From the human T2T-CHM13v2.0 reference genome, Homo sapiens, in the NCBI RefSeq assembly GCF_009914755.1, contig NC_060942.1: a stretch of DNA of 64,000 nt; one strand, given 5' to 3'. Below are positions 27,883 through 44,450 of this stretch, piece by piece. How positions within the stretch are numbered: the stretch's first letter is position 1; the number at the start of each line of letters is the position of its first letter. Position numbers and translations under genes: made by a program. Below the pieces are notes generated by a model, which saw only the letters and a program-made list of their open reading frames with translations, did not search any database and was not told where the DNA came from.

Positions 27883-28501
27883 TATTTCATGAGCTAGGCT
27901 CTGGAAGTTCACCAATTCAGTAAGGACTGATTAACATTTTCTATGGAAGCAAAAATGGATTGTGGTAAGAAACAAGAAAGTAGTATTTATCCTGGATGTA
28001 TCTTACCTATGTAATTTCCCAGGCAGGAAGGGCAGTCATTGCAGGACATTCTCTCCCTTTTCCAATGTGGCCCCCTAATTGATCACAAGAGTGACTCTGG
28101 GTTCTTGCCTCCTGTATCTCTCCCCCTTCTCATCTGTTTCTTCACACAGGGTTCTAAAAGTAGTTGCATCTTTTGATAGCACATCACTGAATCAAACTGA
28201 GAGTTATTTCCTGTGCTCACTAGTTCAGCCTGCCAATTTTTCATTATTTAGGATTACTACAGATGATGAAATCAGATTTCACCTTTTCTTCTTCAGGAAT
28301 TAACCAAAAATTGTCCCACAACTTTCCAAGAAAACACAGAAATTAGTCTGTCATCAAGAAAGGAAAGAAATTAAAACTGAAATGTATGTAGTAAGGAAGA
28401 TGCTATTATGACTTATAAGTTCCACATTTAGACTACCATAGCCAAGATCTACCTGGAAAGTCTGCCTTTTCTCAGAGCTTGAGGAGGGTCATATTACCAT
28501 A

Positions 28502-29393
28502 TTATTTTTATAATATGGTAAAATATACATAATATAGAATTAAGTAGATTCACATTGTTATACAACCATCACCACCATTCATCTCAAGAATGTTTTCATC
28601 TTCCCCAACTGAAACTTAGTACTCATTAAACATTAACTTTCTTAATATCCCTTTCCCTAAGCCCCTGGCAATCACCATTCTGTTTTCTCTGATAAACGAT
28701 AAATGAGAAAGGCAACATACCCTTTTCCGGCCAGATCTGCTGAATCTATCCTGCAGATTTGTGGTATGGTAGATGTTGCAGCCAGATGTGTAGCCTCCTA
28801 TCCACATTTGTTTAATAGTATGATAGCCAAAGAAATTCTGATCTCTAAGGATGAAAGTCACTAAGATAAGAAAAAGGTCACTCAAAAATACTACAGAAAT
28901 GTGGAAATAAATATCAGAATTAAGTTATAGTTCCGTAAGAATATCATTAGCATTATACTATATTGTTTCCTTTTTCTCTTTAGCCCCACAAAGATTGTGA
29001 TTACCAGGCAAATCACATCCCCGTATTATCTTGGGTTAGGCCAGAGGATAAAAATGATGTCCAACTCATTATCTAACATAACTATCTTATTTTTATTTTT
29101 ATAATATGGTAAAATATACATAATATAGAATTCACAGTTTTAACAATTTTTAAGTGTACAGTTCAGTGGCATTAAGTACATTCACATTGTGGTACAACCA
29201 TCACCAACATTCATCTCGAGAATGTTTTCATCTTCCCCAACTGAAACTTAGTATTCATTAAATATAACTTTCTTAATATCCCTTTCCCTAAGCCCCTGGC
29301 AATCACCATTCTATTTTCTCTCTCTATGAATGTAACTATTCCAGATCTCTCAAGCAAGTAGAATTATACATTATTTGTCTTATTGTGACTGGT
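28502..29393 (-). mobile_element. Old L1M 3'-end fragment present twice (28502-28690 and 29092-29393)
   Basis: acaaccatcacca..catcttccccaactgaaac..gcccctggcaatcaccattct in both copies. Confidence 0.85.
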
Positions 29394-31767
29394 AGATATG
29401 GTTTGGTTCTGTGTCCCCACCCAAATCTCATGTTGAATTGTAATCTCCAATGTTGGGGGAGGGACCTGGTGGAAGGTGATTGGATCACAAGGGTGGATTT
29501 CCCCCTTGCTGTTCTCATGACAGTGAGTTCTCATGAGATCTGGTTGTTTAAAAGTGTGTACCGCATCCCTGTTTGCTCACTCTGTTTCCTGCTGCCATGT
29601 GAAAATGTGCTTGCTTCCCCTTTGCCCTTCTGAGCCATGATTGTAAGCTTCCTGAGACTTCCTAGCCATGCTTTCTGTACAGCCTGCAGAACAGTGAGTC
29701 TATTAAACCTCTTTTCTTTATAAATTACCCAGTCTCAAATAGTTCTTTACAGAAGTGTGAGAATGGACTAATACAAAAAAATGGTACCAGAAAAGTAGGG
29801 TGTTGCTATAAAGATACCTGAAAATGTGGAAGCAACTTTGGAACTGGGTAATGGGCAGAGATTGGAACAGTTTGGAGGGCTTATAAGAAGACAGAAAGAT
29901 AAGGGAAAGTTTGGAACTGTCTAGAGACTTGTTGAATGGTTGTGACCAAAATGCTCATAGTGATAGGGACAGTGAAGTTCAGGTTGAGGTCTCAGATGAA
30001 GATGAGAAACTTATTGAGAACTGAAGTAAAAGTCACTCTTGGTATGCTTTAGCAAAGAGACTGGTGACATTGTGCCCCTGCTATACAGATCTGTGGAACT
30101 TTGAACTTGAGAGAGATGATTTAGGATTTCTGGCAGAAGAATATTCTAAGCAGCAAAGCATTCAAGGTGTTACCTGGCTGCTTCTGATAGTCTATGCTCA
30201 TATGTGTGAACAAAGAGATTATCTGGAACTGGAACTTATGTTTAAAAGGGAAGCAGAGCATAAAGTTTCAGAAAATTTGCTGCCTGACCATATGCAAGAA
30301 AAGTAAAACCCATTTTCCAGGGAGAAATTCAAGCCAGCTGGAGAAATTTGCATAAGTAAAGAGGAGCCGAATGTTAATAGCCAAGATAATGAGGAAAATG
30401 ACTCCAAGGAATTTCAGAGACCTTTGTGGCAGCCCCACCTATCACAGGCCCAGAGGCCTAGGAGGGAATAGTTGTTTCATGGGCCATGCCCAGGGCCCCG
30501 CTGATCTGTGGCCTGGACATGGCACCCTGTGTCCCAGCTGCTCCAGCTCCAGCCATGGCTAAAAGAGGCCAAGGTACAGCTTGGGCTGTTGTTTCAGAGG
30601 GTGCAAGCCTCAAGCCTCAGTAGCTTCCACGTGGTGTTGGGCATGCAGGTACATAAAAGGCAAGAGTTCAGGTTTGAAAACTTCTGCCTAGATTTCAGAG
30701 TATGTATGGAAATGCCTGGATGTCCAGGCAGAAGTCTGCTGCAGGGGCAGAACCCTCATGGAGAACCTCTACTAGAGCAGTGCAGAGGGGAAATATGGTA
30801 TATGAACCCCCACACAGAGTCTCCATTGGGACACTGCCTAATGGAGCTGTGAGAAGAAGGCCACTGTCCTCCATACCCTAAAATGGTAGATCCACCAACA
30901 ACCTGCACCCTGTGCCTGGAAAAGCCACAGGCATTCAATGCCAGCCCATGAAAGCAGCCACAGGGGCTGTACCCTGCAGAGTCACAAAGGCAGAGCTTCC
31001 CCAGACCTTGGGAGCCCACCCATTGCATCAGTGTGCCCTGGATGTGACACATTGAGTCAAAGGAGATTATTTTAAAGCTTTAAGATTTAGTGACTCCCCT
31101 GCTGGGTTTCAGACTTGCACTGGGCCTGTAGCTCCTTTGTTTTGGCCAATTTCTCCACTTTGGAATGGGAGCATTTACCAAATGCCTGTATCCCCATTGT
31201 ATCTTGGAAGTATCTAACTTGTTTCTTATTTTACAGGCTCCTAGGCAAAAGAAATTTGTCTCAAATGAGACTTTGGACCTGAACTTTTGGGTTAGTGCTG
31301 GAATGAGTTAAGACTTTGGGATATTATTGGGAAGACATGATTGTGTTTTGAAATGTGAGAAGGACATGAGATTTGGGAAGGGCCAGAGGCAGAATAATAG
31401 AATTTGGCTCTGTGTCCCCACACAAACCTCATGTTGAATTGTAATTCCCAATGTTGGGGAAGGGACCTGGCAGGAGGTAATTGGATCATAGGGGTGAATT
31501 TTCCCCTGGCTGTTCTCATGATAGTGAGTGATTTCTCATGAGATATTGTTGTTTAAAAGAGTTTACCACTTCCCTCTTCATGCTCTCTCTCTCCTGCCAC
31601 CAGATGAAGATATGCTTGCTTCCTCTTTGCCCTTCCACCATAATTGTAAGTTTCCTGAGGTCTGGCATCCATGCTTCCTGTAGGGCCTGCAGAACCATGA
31701 ATCAATTAAACCTCTTTTCTCTTACCAGTGTCAGGTGGTTCTTTATAGCAGTGTGAGAACAAATATG
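29394..31767 (+). mobile_element. Full-length THE1 (THE1D-like) MaLR: LTR 29394-29775, internal 29776-31394, LTR 31395-31767
   Basis: Two homologous LTRs flank a THE1-int (aaatgtggaagcaactttggaactgggtaa...; LWNFELERDDLG remnant; polypurine tract before 3' LTR). Confidence 0.93.
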
Positions 31768-32744
31768 CCAGCTTTGTTCCATCTAACAGTTATTAAAGTA
31801 AGCAATAAGTGCTTTCTGGTGATATAGACTGGCCATTCATTCAAAAAATATCTGGTCTCCTCTATGCCAAGAACTGTGGGAAATAAAAGACATTGCTTAG
31901 TCACTACAATCTGGTTATGAAGATGAGACAAAGCAATAGGATTGGTTAGGAATAAGACTGCATAGAATAACAACCCCAAATGACCGTAACCAACTGCCAG
32001 AATGTGGGATACAGACAACTGATGTCATGAACAGCAGAGGTGAGAAAAGATCAAAGTTGACTGGAGTAAGGGTGAAGCAATTTATAAAGAAAGGGCCTTA
32101 AAGAATTGATTATATTTCTGTAGAACTAAAGGGGAAAGAACTGGGGACAAGAACAAGAGCAAAACCAACATTAGTGGAAAGACAAGGACAGAAGATGAGC
32201 CTAACAGGGTGTGCAGGTTACTCAGTGTGGCCCCTTGTCCCAACCCATCTTTCTCTGACTTGCCCTGTGTTCCAGAAAGCTGGGCTCTACACACATGCCT
32301 TCTGGCTTCCTGTTCGGTTCTTGGTGTGGCTGGTCTCTGAATGTTTAACAAGCATTTGATTCAAACACTGCCAACACCTATGAAAATAATCCCTTCACTG
32401 AGTTCCTTCCTTGAGTAACATTTAGTTAATCTGTTCGAGGGTGGCATCAATTTCCTGCCAGGCTTTGACTATTATGCTGGGATATGTGTTGCATCTGTAG
32501 AGTATTTTACATTTTCATGATTGCATACAGCACAATCTTGAGCATATATTGAGGTGAATGAATGCAGTTCTCTGAAGCAAAAAACACAATGGTTAAAAAC
32601 AGAGCAATTGCGTCATTTGTGCCTTTGACCTACATTGAATTTGGAACTTCATTATGTACAGGATATAAGCCTTCTCTTGTATTTGATTCTCCCAACAACA
32701 AAAAAATTTCAAAATGTGTCAAGGTTATCAATCTTTGCTATTAG

Positions 32745-33135
32745 AACAGAATGAAGTATTATCCTTCAACAGGTGAAAGGATAACAATGGATTTTAAAAA
32801 TCTATGGCAATAAAATAATAAACTCTTGATATGTGAATTATTCTCAATGTATTATGTTAAGTGAAAGAAGCCAGACCCATAAGTCTACATACTGCATAAT
32901 TCCATTTATACAACATTCTGGAAAAGGCAAAACTATAGAAACAGAGAACAAATCAGTGGCTGACAACAGATCAGGGTAAAGAAGGTGTTGACTATGAAGG
33001 AGTATCACTAAGGAATTTGGGGAGGTGATAAAATAGCTCTGTGTAATTACGGCAGTGGATTCTATTCATTTGTCAACACTCAGAACTGCACATCAAAAAG
33101 GCTAAATTTTAATGTATATTTTTTTTTAAATAAAC
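32745..33135 (+). mobile_element. Old L1M 3'UTR fragment
   Basis: attatgttaagtgaaagaagccagac..tccatttata..ggaaaaggcaaaactatag. Confidence 0.75.
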
Positions 33136-33159
33136 TCAAGTTTCGTTTTAAACCAGAAT

Positions 33160-34040
<881 letters not shown>

Positions 34041-35975
34041 TATAATGACTGTACTGATTTACATCCACACCAACAGTGTGCAAGCATTCTCCTTCTCCAA
34101 ATCTTTGCCAGCATTTGTTATTTTTTGCCTTTTTAATAATAGTCATTCTAAAAGGAGTGAGTTAATATCTCATAGTGGTTTTCATTTGCCTTTCCTGGAT
34201 AATTATTAATGTTTCACATTTTTAATATATCTATTTGTCATATGTGTGTCTTCCTTTGAGAAATGCCTAAGCTTTTTCCTTATTTTTAATACATATTTGT
34301 TTTTGTTACATAGTTGGTTGAGATTCTTAAATATTTTAGATATTAATTCCTTGTCAGATTCATAATTTGGAAATATTTTTCCCATTCCTAGGTTATCATT
34401 CCATTGATTGTATCTAGTGCGGTGCAGAAGTTTTTCAGTTTGAAATAATCTTATTTGTCTGTGTTTACTTCTGTTTCCTGGCATTTTCAGGTTAAATTCA
34501 AAAAGTAATTGCCCAAACCAATATCATATTTTCTTTTACCTTATGTTGTCTTCCAGTAGTTTCAGATGTTATATTTAAGTGTTTGATCCATCTTGAGTTG
34601 TTTTTTATATGTGGTATGAGACGAGATGAGGGTCTCATTTCTTCGTTCTGCATGTGGATATCCATTTTTTCCCAACACCATTTACTGAAGAGACTGTACT
34701 TTAACTATTATGTGTTTTTGTCACCTTTGTCTAAAATCAGTTAGCTGTAAATGCATGGATTTATTTCTGGGCTCTCTATTCTGCTCTATTGTACTATGTG
34801 TCTGTTTTTATGCCAATACCATGCAGTTTTGCTTATTATAGCTTTGTAGTATATTTCAAAGTGAAGTACTGTGATGCCTTCAGCTTTACTTTATTTTGCT
34901 CAATTATTTGGACTATTCAGTGTTTTTTGTGGTACCATATAAATTGGGTGATTCCTTTTGTATGTGAAGAATGTCATTGTTATTTTGACACTGATTGTAT
35001 TAAACCTGTAGATCATTTTAGGTAACATAAACATTTTAACAATATTAATTCTACCAATTTATTAATAAAGAACATCTTTCTTTTTGTTTGTCTTTTACTT
35101 TTTTTTTTTCCAGACAGAGTCTTGCTCTATCACCCAGGCTGGCATTCAGTGACACAACCGTGGCTCATGCAGCCTAAACCGCCTGGGCTCAAGTAATCCT
35201 CCCAACTCAGCCTTCTGAATAGCTGGGACCACAGGTGCATGCCACCATGTCTGCGTAACTTTTAAAATTTTGTAGAGATGAGGTCTCTCTATGTTTCCCA
35301 GGCGAGTCTTGAACTTCTGGGCTCAAATGATTCTCCTGCCTTGGTCTCCCAAAATGCTGAGATTACAGGAGTGAGCCACCATGCCCAATCTTTACTTAAT
35401 TTCTTACCTTAATATTCTTTGGCTTTTAATGTAGAGCTCTTTCACTTTCTTGGTTAAATGTATTTCTAAATATATATTTTATAGCTATGTAGTTGTGATT
35501 GTTTCTTGATTTCTTTTTCAGAGAATATGTTCTTACTGTATAGAAATGCTACTGACTTTTGTGTTTTAATTTTGTATCCTGAAAGTTTGCAGAATTTATT
35601 AGTTCGAAGTTTTTTGGTGGAGTGTTTAGGATTTTTATTATATAAAATTACATCATCTGCAAAGAAGGACTATTTAACTGTTTCCTTTACAATCTGGATG
35701 ACTTTGATTTTGTTCTCTAAAGGCTCAGATTTGGACATCCAGTACTATGTCGAACAAAAGTGATGAAAGTGGCCTTCCCTGTCTTGTTATAGCTCTTAGA
35801 GAAAAAGCCTTACTTGTTTTTGTTTAGTATGATGTTACCTGTGCATTTGTCATGCATGGTCTGTATTGGGTTGAGGTACATTTGTTCTACACTGAATATA
35901 CTGAGAGTTATTATCATAAAAGAATGGTAAGTTATGTCAAATACTTTTTCTGAATCTATTTAAATGGTATACTTG
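34041..35975 (-). mobile_element. L1M/L1PB ORF2 fragment with AluJ (35095-35388, minus) inserted
   Basis: Antisense L1 ORF2 text (IFPNYESDKELISKIFK...RHFSKEDTHM). Confidence 0.85.
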
Positions 35976-36364
35976 GTCCTGAGGTCAGAATTTGGGGAAA
36001 TGCATCCATACCTAGAGGGGTCCCTGATAGGGCATCACATTTAACATTCTGTGGACATGACCTGTGAGTGTCTGACTCCCAAAAGAGAACTGAGGCCCAG
36101 GATTGTCATCTTTGTTCACTGAATTATGCCTAGTTTTTTAAAAAGCAACTGTACAAATTAAGTGCTTAATATATGTGTTGAATAAATGAACCCCAACCAG
36201 AAACATAAAAACAAAAATAAAATGGTATGTAGCTTTTCAGGCATGCGGGAACACTTTAGAATTCTCTACCCTCCCCTCCACCCTCCATTCACTTCTGGAG
36301 ATTGACAGTTACCTGAAAGCCAAAAAGAAATGATCAGACTTCTCCATAGAGCCTTAAAAATAGG

Positions 36365-36582
36365 TATTTCCTTAAATCGGGTTTTGGCAGTATTGATATT
36401 TTCGGGGTGTGTCCTGTGCGTTGCAGGACTTTTAGCAGCATGCCTGGCCTTTATGCACTTGATGTCAATAACTACTGCACTATTCTCCCCTCATTGTGAC
36501 AACCAAAAATGGTTTACTGTTGTCATGTATTTCCTAGGCAGTCTAAGGCAAAGCTGTCTTAGACTGAGAATCACTGCTTTAG
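36365..36582. mobile_element. MER20-like hAT element
   Basis: gtcctgtgcgttgcagga..ttagcagcat..gtgacaaccaaaaatg..tgagaatcactg. Confidence 0.65.
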
Positions 36583-36603
36583 ACTAATTTTAAGAACTAC
36601 TTT

Positions 36604-36928
<325 letters not shown>

Positions 36929-37639
36929 TTATAGGGGTTTAGAAAGTTTTCTAGGGTAATTTTGACTGGGTGGATAGAGAGAGATATTTTTCACCTTGAT
37001 ATATCGACTTTGGAACCTCAGGACTGCCCAGATAATGATGACTTTATTATAGAAATAATATATGTCAAGACTTTGTCTCTTGTCCTATAGCCTCACTGAG
37101 TTGGTTTATCTCTTTTATTAGAGTCATAAGATTAGAACCAAAATAGTTCTAATATGGTATAGACAAAAAATGTATTTAAAAAGGTTTAAAACATATTAGA
37201 GATAGGAAAGACCTATGGCTTTGTAATTGCTATAATAACTAAGTATTATTGCTGAATTTTAATGGAGATCATTGCCTTTGCTTTCCAGGAGGTAAAGTGT
37301 TTGCAAGATTACTCAGTCTATGCCCTTGTTGTATATTCTTGAACTATTTATTTGCTCCATATTAAGGAAAAAGAAAGCAATTATGTCTTAATTATCTTAT
37401 CTAATTTGTGAAGAAGCACAACAGAGAAATTATCTTGCTTATTTTATGCGATGATTACAAGAAAGTATTCCTACATAGAAAGAATAAAGTTGAAAAACAA
37501 AGCGTTAGTGGAATGGCATTAAATGCTAATTGCTCTTAAAATATGATAATTCTAGAATAGCTAAATATTAATTTAATTATCAAGGGAACTTTTCTCAGGG
37601 CCACAGTAATAACCAAATTAGTGTTTACTACCAAAATAC

Positions 37640-38290
37640 TTATCACAAAGTATGAAATAAAGAATCTGGCCTTGCCCAAATAAAGAACTAGCCTTTCCCC
37701 TCAGTGTCTGGGGGATATTCTAGGTCATATCTGATAAAAGGTGTCTTCTTTTTAGGGTGTGACCTGGTCAGACTGGATTTTAGGGTAGGGCCACATGTGT
37801 CAGGGTAGGATCTGACCACTCCAGAAAGATCAACCATGTGAGTTAGGGTGGGGATTTTGTGTTATGCATTCAGTTGACCTGGAGACTGAGTAAAATCGTG
37901 TGGGCAGTCAATCAATCATGTCTTAAGCACAGTCCTGGTTAAAAACTCTGAACACCAAAGCTTAGGTGAGTTTTCCTGGTTGGCAATACCCCGTATATAT
38001 CACACATCAATGCTAGGAGGGTAATGTCTCCTCACTCAATGGGAGGAGGACAATGTGGGCTTTAAGTTTGGAACCCTTGCAGACTGTGTATCTCTCTGGC
38101 TAATGTTAACATGTATTCTTTCCCTACAACAAATCATAACCATGAACATAATAATTTTTAGCAAGTCCTGTGAGTCCTTCTAGCAAATTATCAAACTTGA
38201 GGGTGGTTGTGCAAGTTTAGGAGATTGCAGTGGTGTCAGAAGTGAGGGTGGTCTTGTGGAAGACTGTGTCCTCCAACTTTGATACTTAAC
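37640..38290 (+). mobile_element. MER21-family LTR
   Basis: ccagaaagatcaaccatgtg..ctctgaacaccaaagcttaggtgagttttcctggttggcaata..gagtccttctagcaaattatcaaac. Confidence 0.7.
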
Positions 38291-38759
38291 TCATTTGGGA
38301 ATGAGTTTATGAACTCATGCCCAAATCCATTCTTTTAAGAAGTCATATTCATGTCTTAGAGGAACTTATAACTTAGGTAATATGAGAAGCATTTGAGGAA
38401 CAGGCAATATGTACTCATATACAAGGTGTCAGGCAGAGTCACGCTACTGAGAAGGGACAGATTGGAGGGAGGAATGCATTTGACAAGGCTTTAGGAAAGA
38501 AATGTGATGCTTTTTTTTTTTTTGGCTTAAGTAAAAGATGGGATCTGGAAAAAAAAAAGAAAAGAAAATATAGGGTCCGGACTGATTGTGAGAAAAAAAG
38601 AAGCTAATTCTACAGAGAAACCAGTAAAAATGAAAGCACAAAGGTAGGGGAAAGCACAAAAGAATAGCAGGCAGTTTGAGACAGAAGATTGAAGCAGGTG
38701 TTGTGGTTGACCCCCTAGCAGCCCCAACACTCCCATATGATGATTAATCTAAGCCATCT

Positions 38760-40020
<1,261 letters not shown>

Positions 40021-41404
40021 AAGAAATTTCCCTGAGTAATTTGAATTATCTCCATTCTTTAATTCACACCCATATTTCCTCTTGCCTTTCTACTGATCTT
40101 TAATAAAATGGCAATAGAGCCTATGGAATGTCATTTTAAAAAAAGAAGAGGAAGAACAACAACAACAAAGATTGTGACCATTCCTTGAATGAATACAAAG
40201 TTCCAGTAAAGTTGAGTGTGTTTCTGACTCACTGAGTAATAATGCATTCACCCTTCCCCCAGCCCTCCACCCCCAGTGTTAAATGTTTTCAGAGTTAGGT
40301 GACTAATTCATCCTCTTCTCACAGCAGCTTCTGTAAAACCAAAATCTTGTTTGTTCCAAAAAGCCACATGAGTTTCTTAAAATGAAAGTCATAGTTGGAA
40401 GGTTATAGTTTTCTCATTTGTAAAATTATACTAAGTGACTCGGCTCTTGTAGGAGACAGAAGAGAGGAAGAGAAAGGTTTAAAAGAAGGCATTCATTCCC
40501 AGTAGCACATTCTACCATGTTGCTATTTGTATCAGTCCCCTCAAGTTTCCAAATGTTTCTGTTTTCTCACAACTAGCTACTGTTGGGTGTAAGGCCTTCG
40601 TATGAATCATGCTGTGTTCAACAAGCATATTCTTGCTTGCTATCAACCTCTCCCAACACACACACAATTAACTCCCTGCTTTGGTTCTCTCTCAGTCCAG
40701 GGAATATTTATCCAGTCAGCGAAAATCAAGGTAACTCCCCAAGAAGCATATTCCAATACCTAACAATTTACCAGCGTTTTTTGTTTGTTTGTTTTTGGGG
40801 GAAGCGGTTGCTCCCATTTATGAAATACATTACCATACGGAGGCCACTCTATTAGGTATTTTGTTAGCATTAATTCATTAAATCAAAATGGAAAGTCATT
40901 TGGAGGCTACCAACAAATGCAACAACAACAACAATAACAAATCAAGCTGTAGATGATCTGAATTTGTATGTGACAGCCATTCTGCCTCAAGAGTGGAGTG
41001 AAATCACTAGACCAGCCCTCAGTGGTTCATTCTTGGATATACATTCCCCACTGAGAATTCTACAGAAGCTACTGATACTACCCCAGGAGAAAGGCACATC
41101 GTCATAAAATTGTGTATGTAATGGCAAGAGTCTGGCAGGCTCCTTGACTCCAGGGGAATATGGACCCCCGATGAGGAGTCCTGCACTGGAGCAGTGGTCT
41201 CAAAACTCCTTTGCTAATAAATCCTTTCTGAGACAAAAACGTATTCCCAAATTTATGGATATTTACTTACAAATAATATACATGTACTGTTCTACTAATA
41301 TGTATATTAAAAAACACTCAAAAATTAGAATCACAATAACATTAGATAAAAACAAATATTAAAAGGTCCCACTCCCAGTGAATGGTTTTACACATGCCCT
41401 ACAT

Positions 41405-41745
41405 CAGGGGCCCCAAGCCCTGGGCGGCAGCAGGCTCGTACTGATCTTCAGCCTGTTAGGAACAGGGCCACACAGCAGGAGGTGAGCAGGTGAGCAGGCA
41501 TTCCCGCCTGAGCTCCGCCTCCTCTCAGATCAGCTGTGTCATTAGATTCTCATTGGCGCACAAACTTTACTGTGACTCGCACATGCGAGGGATCTAGATT
41601 GCACACTCCTTATGGGAATCTAATGCCTGATGATCTGAGGTGGAATAGTTTCATCTCAGAACCATCACCCCACCCCACCCTGCTCTTTGGAAAAATTGTC
41701 TTCCATGAAACCAGTCCCTGGTGCCAAAAAGGTTGGGGACTCTTG
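41405..41745. mobile_element. MER1B-like hAT element
   Basis: caggggccccaa..ctgttaggaac..gcacagcaggaggtgagc-like..tggtgccaaaaaggttggggac. Confidence 0.8.
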
Positions 41746-42696
41746 CCCCAGGGCCTATGGTCCAGTTGCATCTTGCTGCCAGACTTCTCAGAGGATCAAG
41801 TTCATGAGGCAAAAAGCTGAAAGTACTACAAAGAAAACGCTAACCGTCGGATAAAAATAATTCCTAACATTCTGTGATTAAGAAGCTTTACCTATTCTCA
41901 CCTCTTTTATAAGATAAATAATCCTAGTAAAGATTTCTCAGCAGGGAGGTTTACTGGAAAAGCTTTGACTAGTCACCCACAAAAGGACCAGATCTCCTAG
42001 GAAGAATCGCTCTGCTTTCAGGCCACAGTCATACTGTACTTGTTAAACCAAACTGTGTTGCTTTTTGTCAGCTTAAGACCCGAGTGGAGAATAGCATTGG
42101 AAGGTTGTGTGGCGTTCTCGAGACAGAAAACCTTTACATTCAAATTTCCCTCTCTGAATCTTATTGGCTAGGATAAGTCATTTAACTTATCTGGGTCTTA
42201 GATTCCTTAACTCATAAATGAGGAGAAGAAGAATATGTACATATTACATGGCTTACATGTAGATTAAAATTCAAAGATAACATTAATGGAGGTGAAAGTG
42301 TTCCATAAATTATTAAATGCTATATAAATGTGAGGAAATAAAACACTTTTTGTTTTCCCATCATTAAAAGTCAAATAATTGATAAAAGTAACTATTTTCA
42401 CATAAAATTTGCATGTGCCCTTATAGAGAAAACCAGCATGCAAATTAAAATTTTAAAGCCTACTCCAGATCCTTCGAGTCATGCATTTTGACAGCCTGCT
42501 GCTCCAAGTCCAAATCCCACAGCTACTGCTAGCTAATTGGGTTGTAACTGACTGGTGTTCCCTGCCCTACCTGTGAACTTTGGGACCCCACCCCCCAGTC
42601 TGATGTCCCCTGTGCCCGAGAAACATGATCCAGAGATGTCCTTCATGGATTAAGTCATTGAAGATGACTTACACAAACAGTTTTAAAGCTTCAAAA

Positions 42697-42702
42697 TTTA
42701 TT
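42697..42702 (-). terminator. Candidate distal poly(A) signal of MBD2
   Basis: AATAAA on minus with TGTA just upstream and GT-rich sequence (ctgtttgtgt) about 20 nt downstream. Confidence 0.6.
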
Positions 42703-43009
42703 GCTGTACATTTTCTCATAGCATTTACTATGGAAATACTAATAGTGCAAATATTTATTTTGGACTTCATAGCATTTGAGAAATCACAAAGCTTGTTTAT
42801 ATCTTTGCAATTATTTATGAAGATCTATATTATTTTAAAAATCCAAACGAGTAATCTTATATTCAAAGAGATTGTATAACACTCTCTAGATCTCCTCTTT
42901 AGACCAAAAAAAAAAAAAAAAACACCCTGGAAGCCACCAAGGGCATTTCTTTCCTTTATAATACATACAGCTTCTAACACTTTTCCAACTGCATGACTCT
43001 TGTTCATTC

Positions 43010-44450
43010 ACAGATTCATTCAACAAATATTTAATGACAAGCTATTACGTGCCAGGCACTGGGCTAGGCTCGGGGAACATGAGGATGAAAAAGCACAATC
43101 TCTGCTTTTACGGTGCTTACAGTCTAATAGTAGAAACAGACATGCAAAAAAAAATTACAATACAATACAATAAAGTGCTTCCATGGAGGTATTTACAAAG
43201 TGCGGTGGGAACAGGGAAGGCGGGAAAGAACATCTGCCTGAAGAAATCAGGGACAGCTTCACAGAGGAGGTAGCCATTGAGCTGAGACTTCATCAATGAT
43301 TAGGAATTCACCATGTAGACGGGCAGGCAAAGGGTGTTTCAGGCAAAGGGAACAACAGGTACAAAGACACAGAGGCCCAAGGGGCACTTCAAAGAAGCAA
43401 GTAAAGAGGTTTTTCTTGAGCTGAAGGTGCAGTGAGGAATAGTGGCAGCATGAGGCCAGACAGACAAGCAGGGATCAGATCAAGAAGAGCCTTTTGACCA
43501 TTCTTCCATTTATTCAGCAAACAGTTACTGAGTGCTTACTAGGTGCCAGTCACTCAGCTAAGTGCTGGGGCTGTAACGGGAAATCAGACAAACACATCCT
43601 TGCTCTCATGGAGCTTACATTCTAGTAGAGAAATAGACAAAAAGCCAACAAATAAATAAAATACAGACTTAGAAAATGTCTACAAAAGAAATAGGGTGCT
43701 GAGGCAGAAAATAGTGTCACAGGGATAGGCGGTAGTTAGGGTTATTAGCAAATGCCTCTTGGAAAGGATGTAAAACTCACACCTGCAGGGATAGCGACAA
43801 TAGTGTGCTCCAATGTGAGCACCCACTATGTGCCAGGCACTGTGCTACACACTTTAGAAACAGTCTATCTCACTGAATCCTCACAACAACTCTATGAGGT
43901 AGGTATTATTATTCCTATTTCACTGAGGAGGGACAGGCTCAAAGAGATTAAATAACCTGACAAGTCACACAAATGGCAAAAATCAGGATTCAGACACAGG
44001 TTCTCCTAATTTCAAAGTGTGTGCTCTTAAAAATCACTCTAAACTGCATACAAAGATAAGTGAGGGAAATAATACAGTCACATTTGCCTGTTTTGATGAT
44101 CTTTCTGATGACTATGTGGAGGGATGGAGAGAGGGAAGGGGAAGAAAGTGGACAGGTGAGCAAAAAAGGAAGCCACTGAAAGTCCAGAGGACAGGAAAGG
44201 CAGTTCATATGAAGGCAGTGATCGTGGGGATGGAGGAGAGGTGGGGTGCAGTCAGTAGTTCTAATAGGATTGATGAGAAGTCAGAAGCAAGGGAAAGGGC
44301 AGCATTGTGCTCACTCCTGGGCTTCTGCCTTGCGTAACTGGAGAAGATGGCTTGCTTTTACCAGAGTGAGGGAATGGAAGAGGGTGGTAGGTTTGTGGGG
44401 ACCAGGTGATGAAGTTTTGAACATGTTGTCTTGTGGGTATATTGGGAACA
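43010..44450. mobile_element. Cluster of L2 and MIR relics within the extended MBD2 3'UTR
   Basis: cattcaacaaatattta..gtgccaggcactgggctagg; aatcctcacaacaactctatgaggtagg. Confidence 0.75.

Noticed and set aside
30064-31052. Cluster of ORFs up to 114 aa
   Set aside because: Broken remnants of the THE1 internal region.
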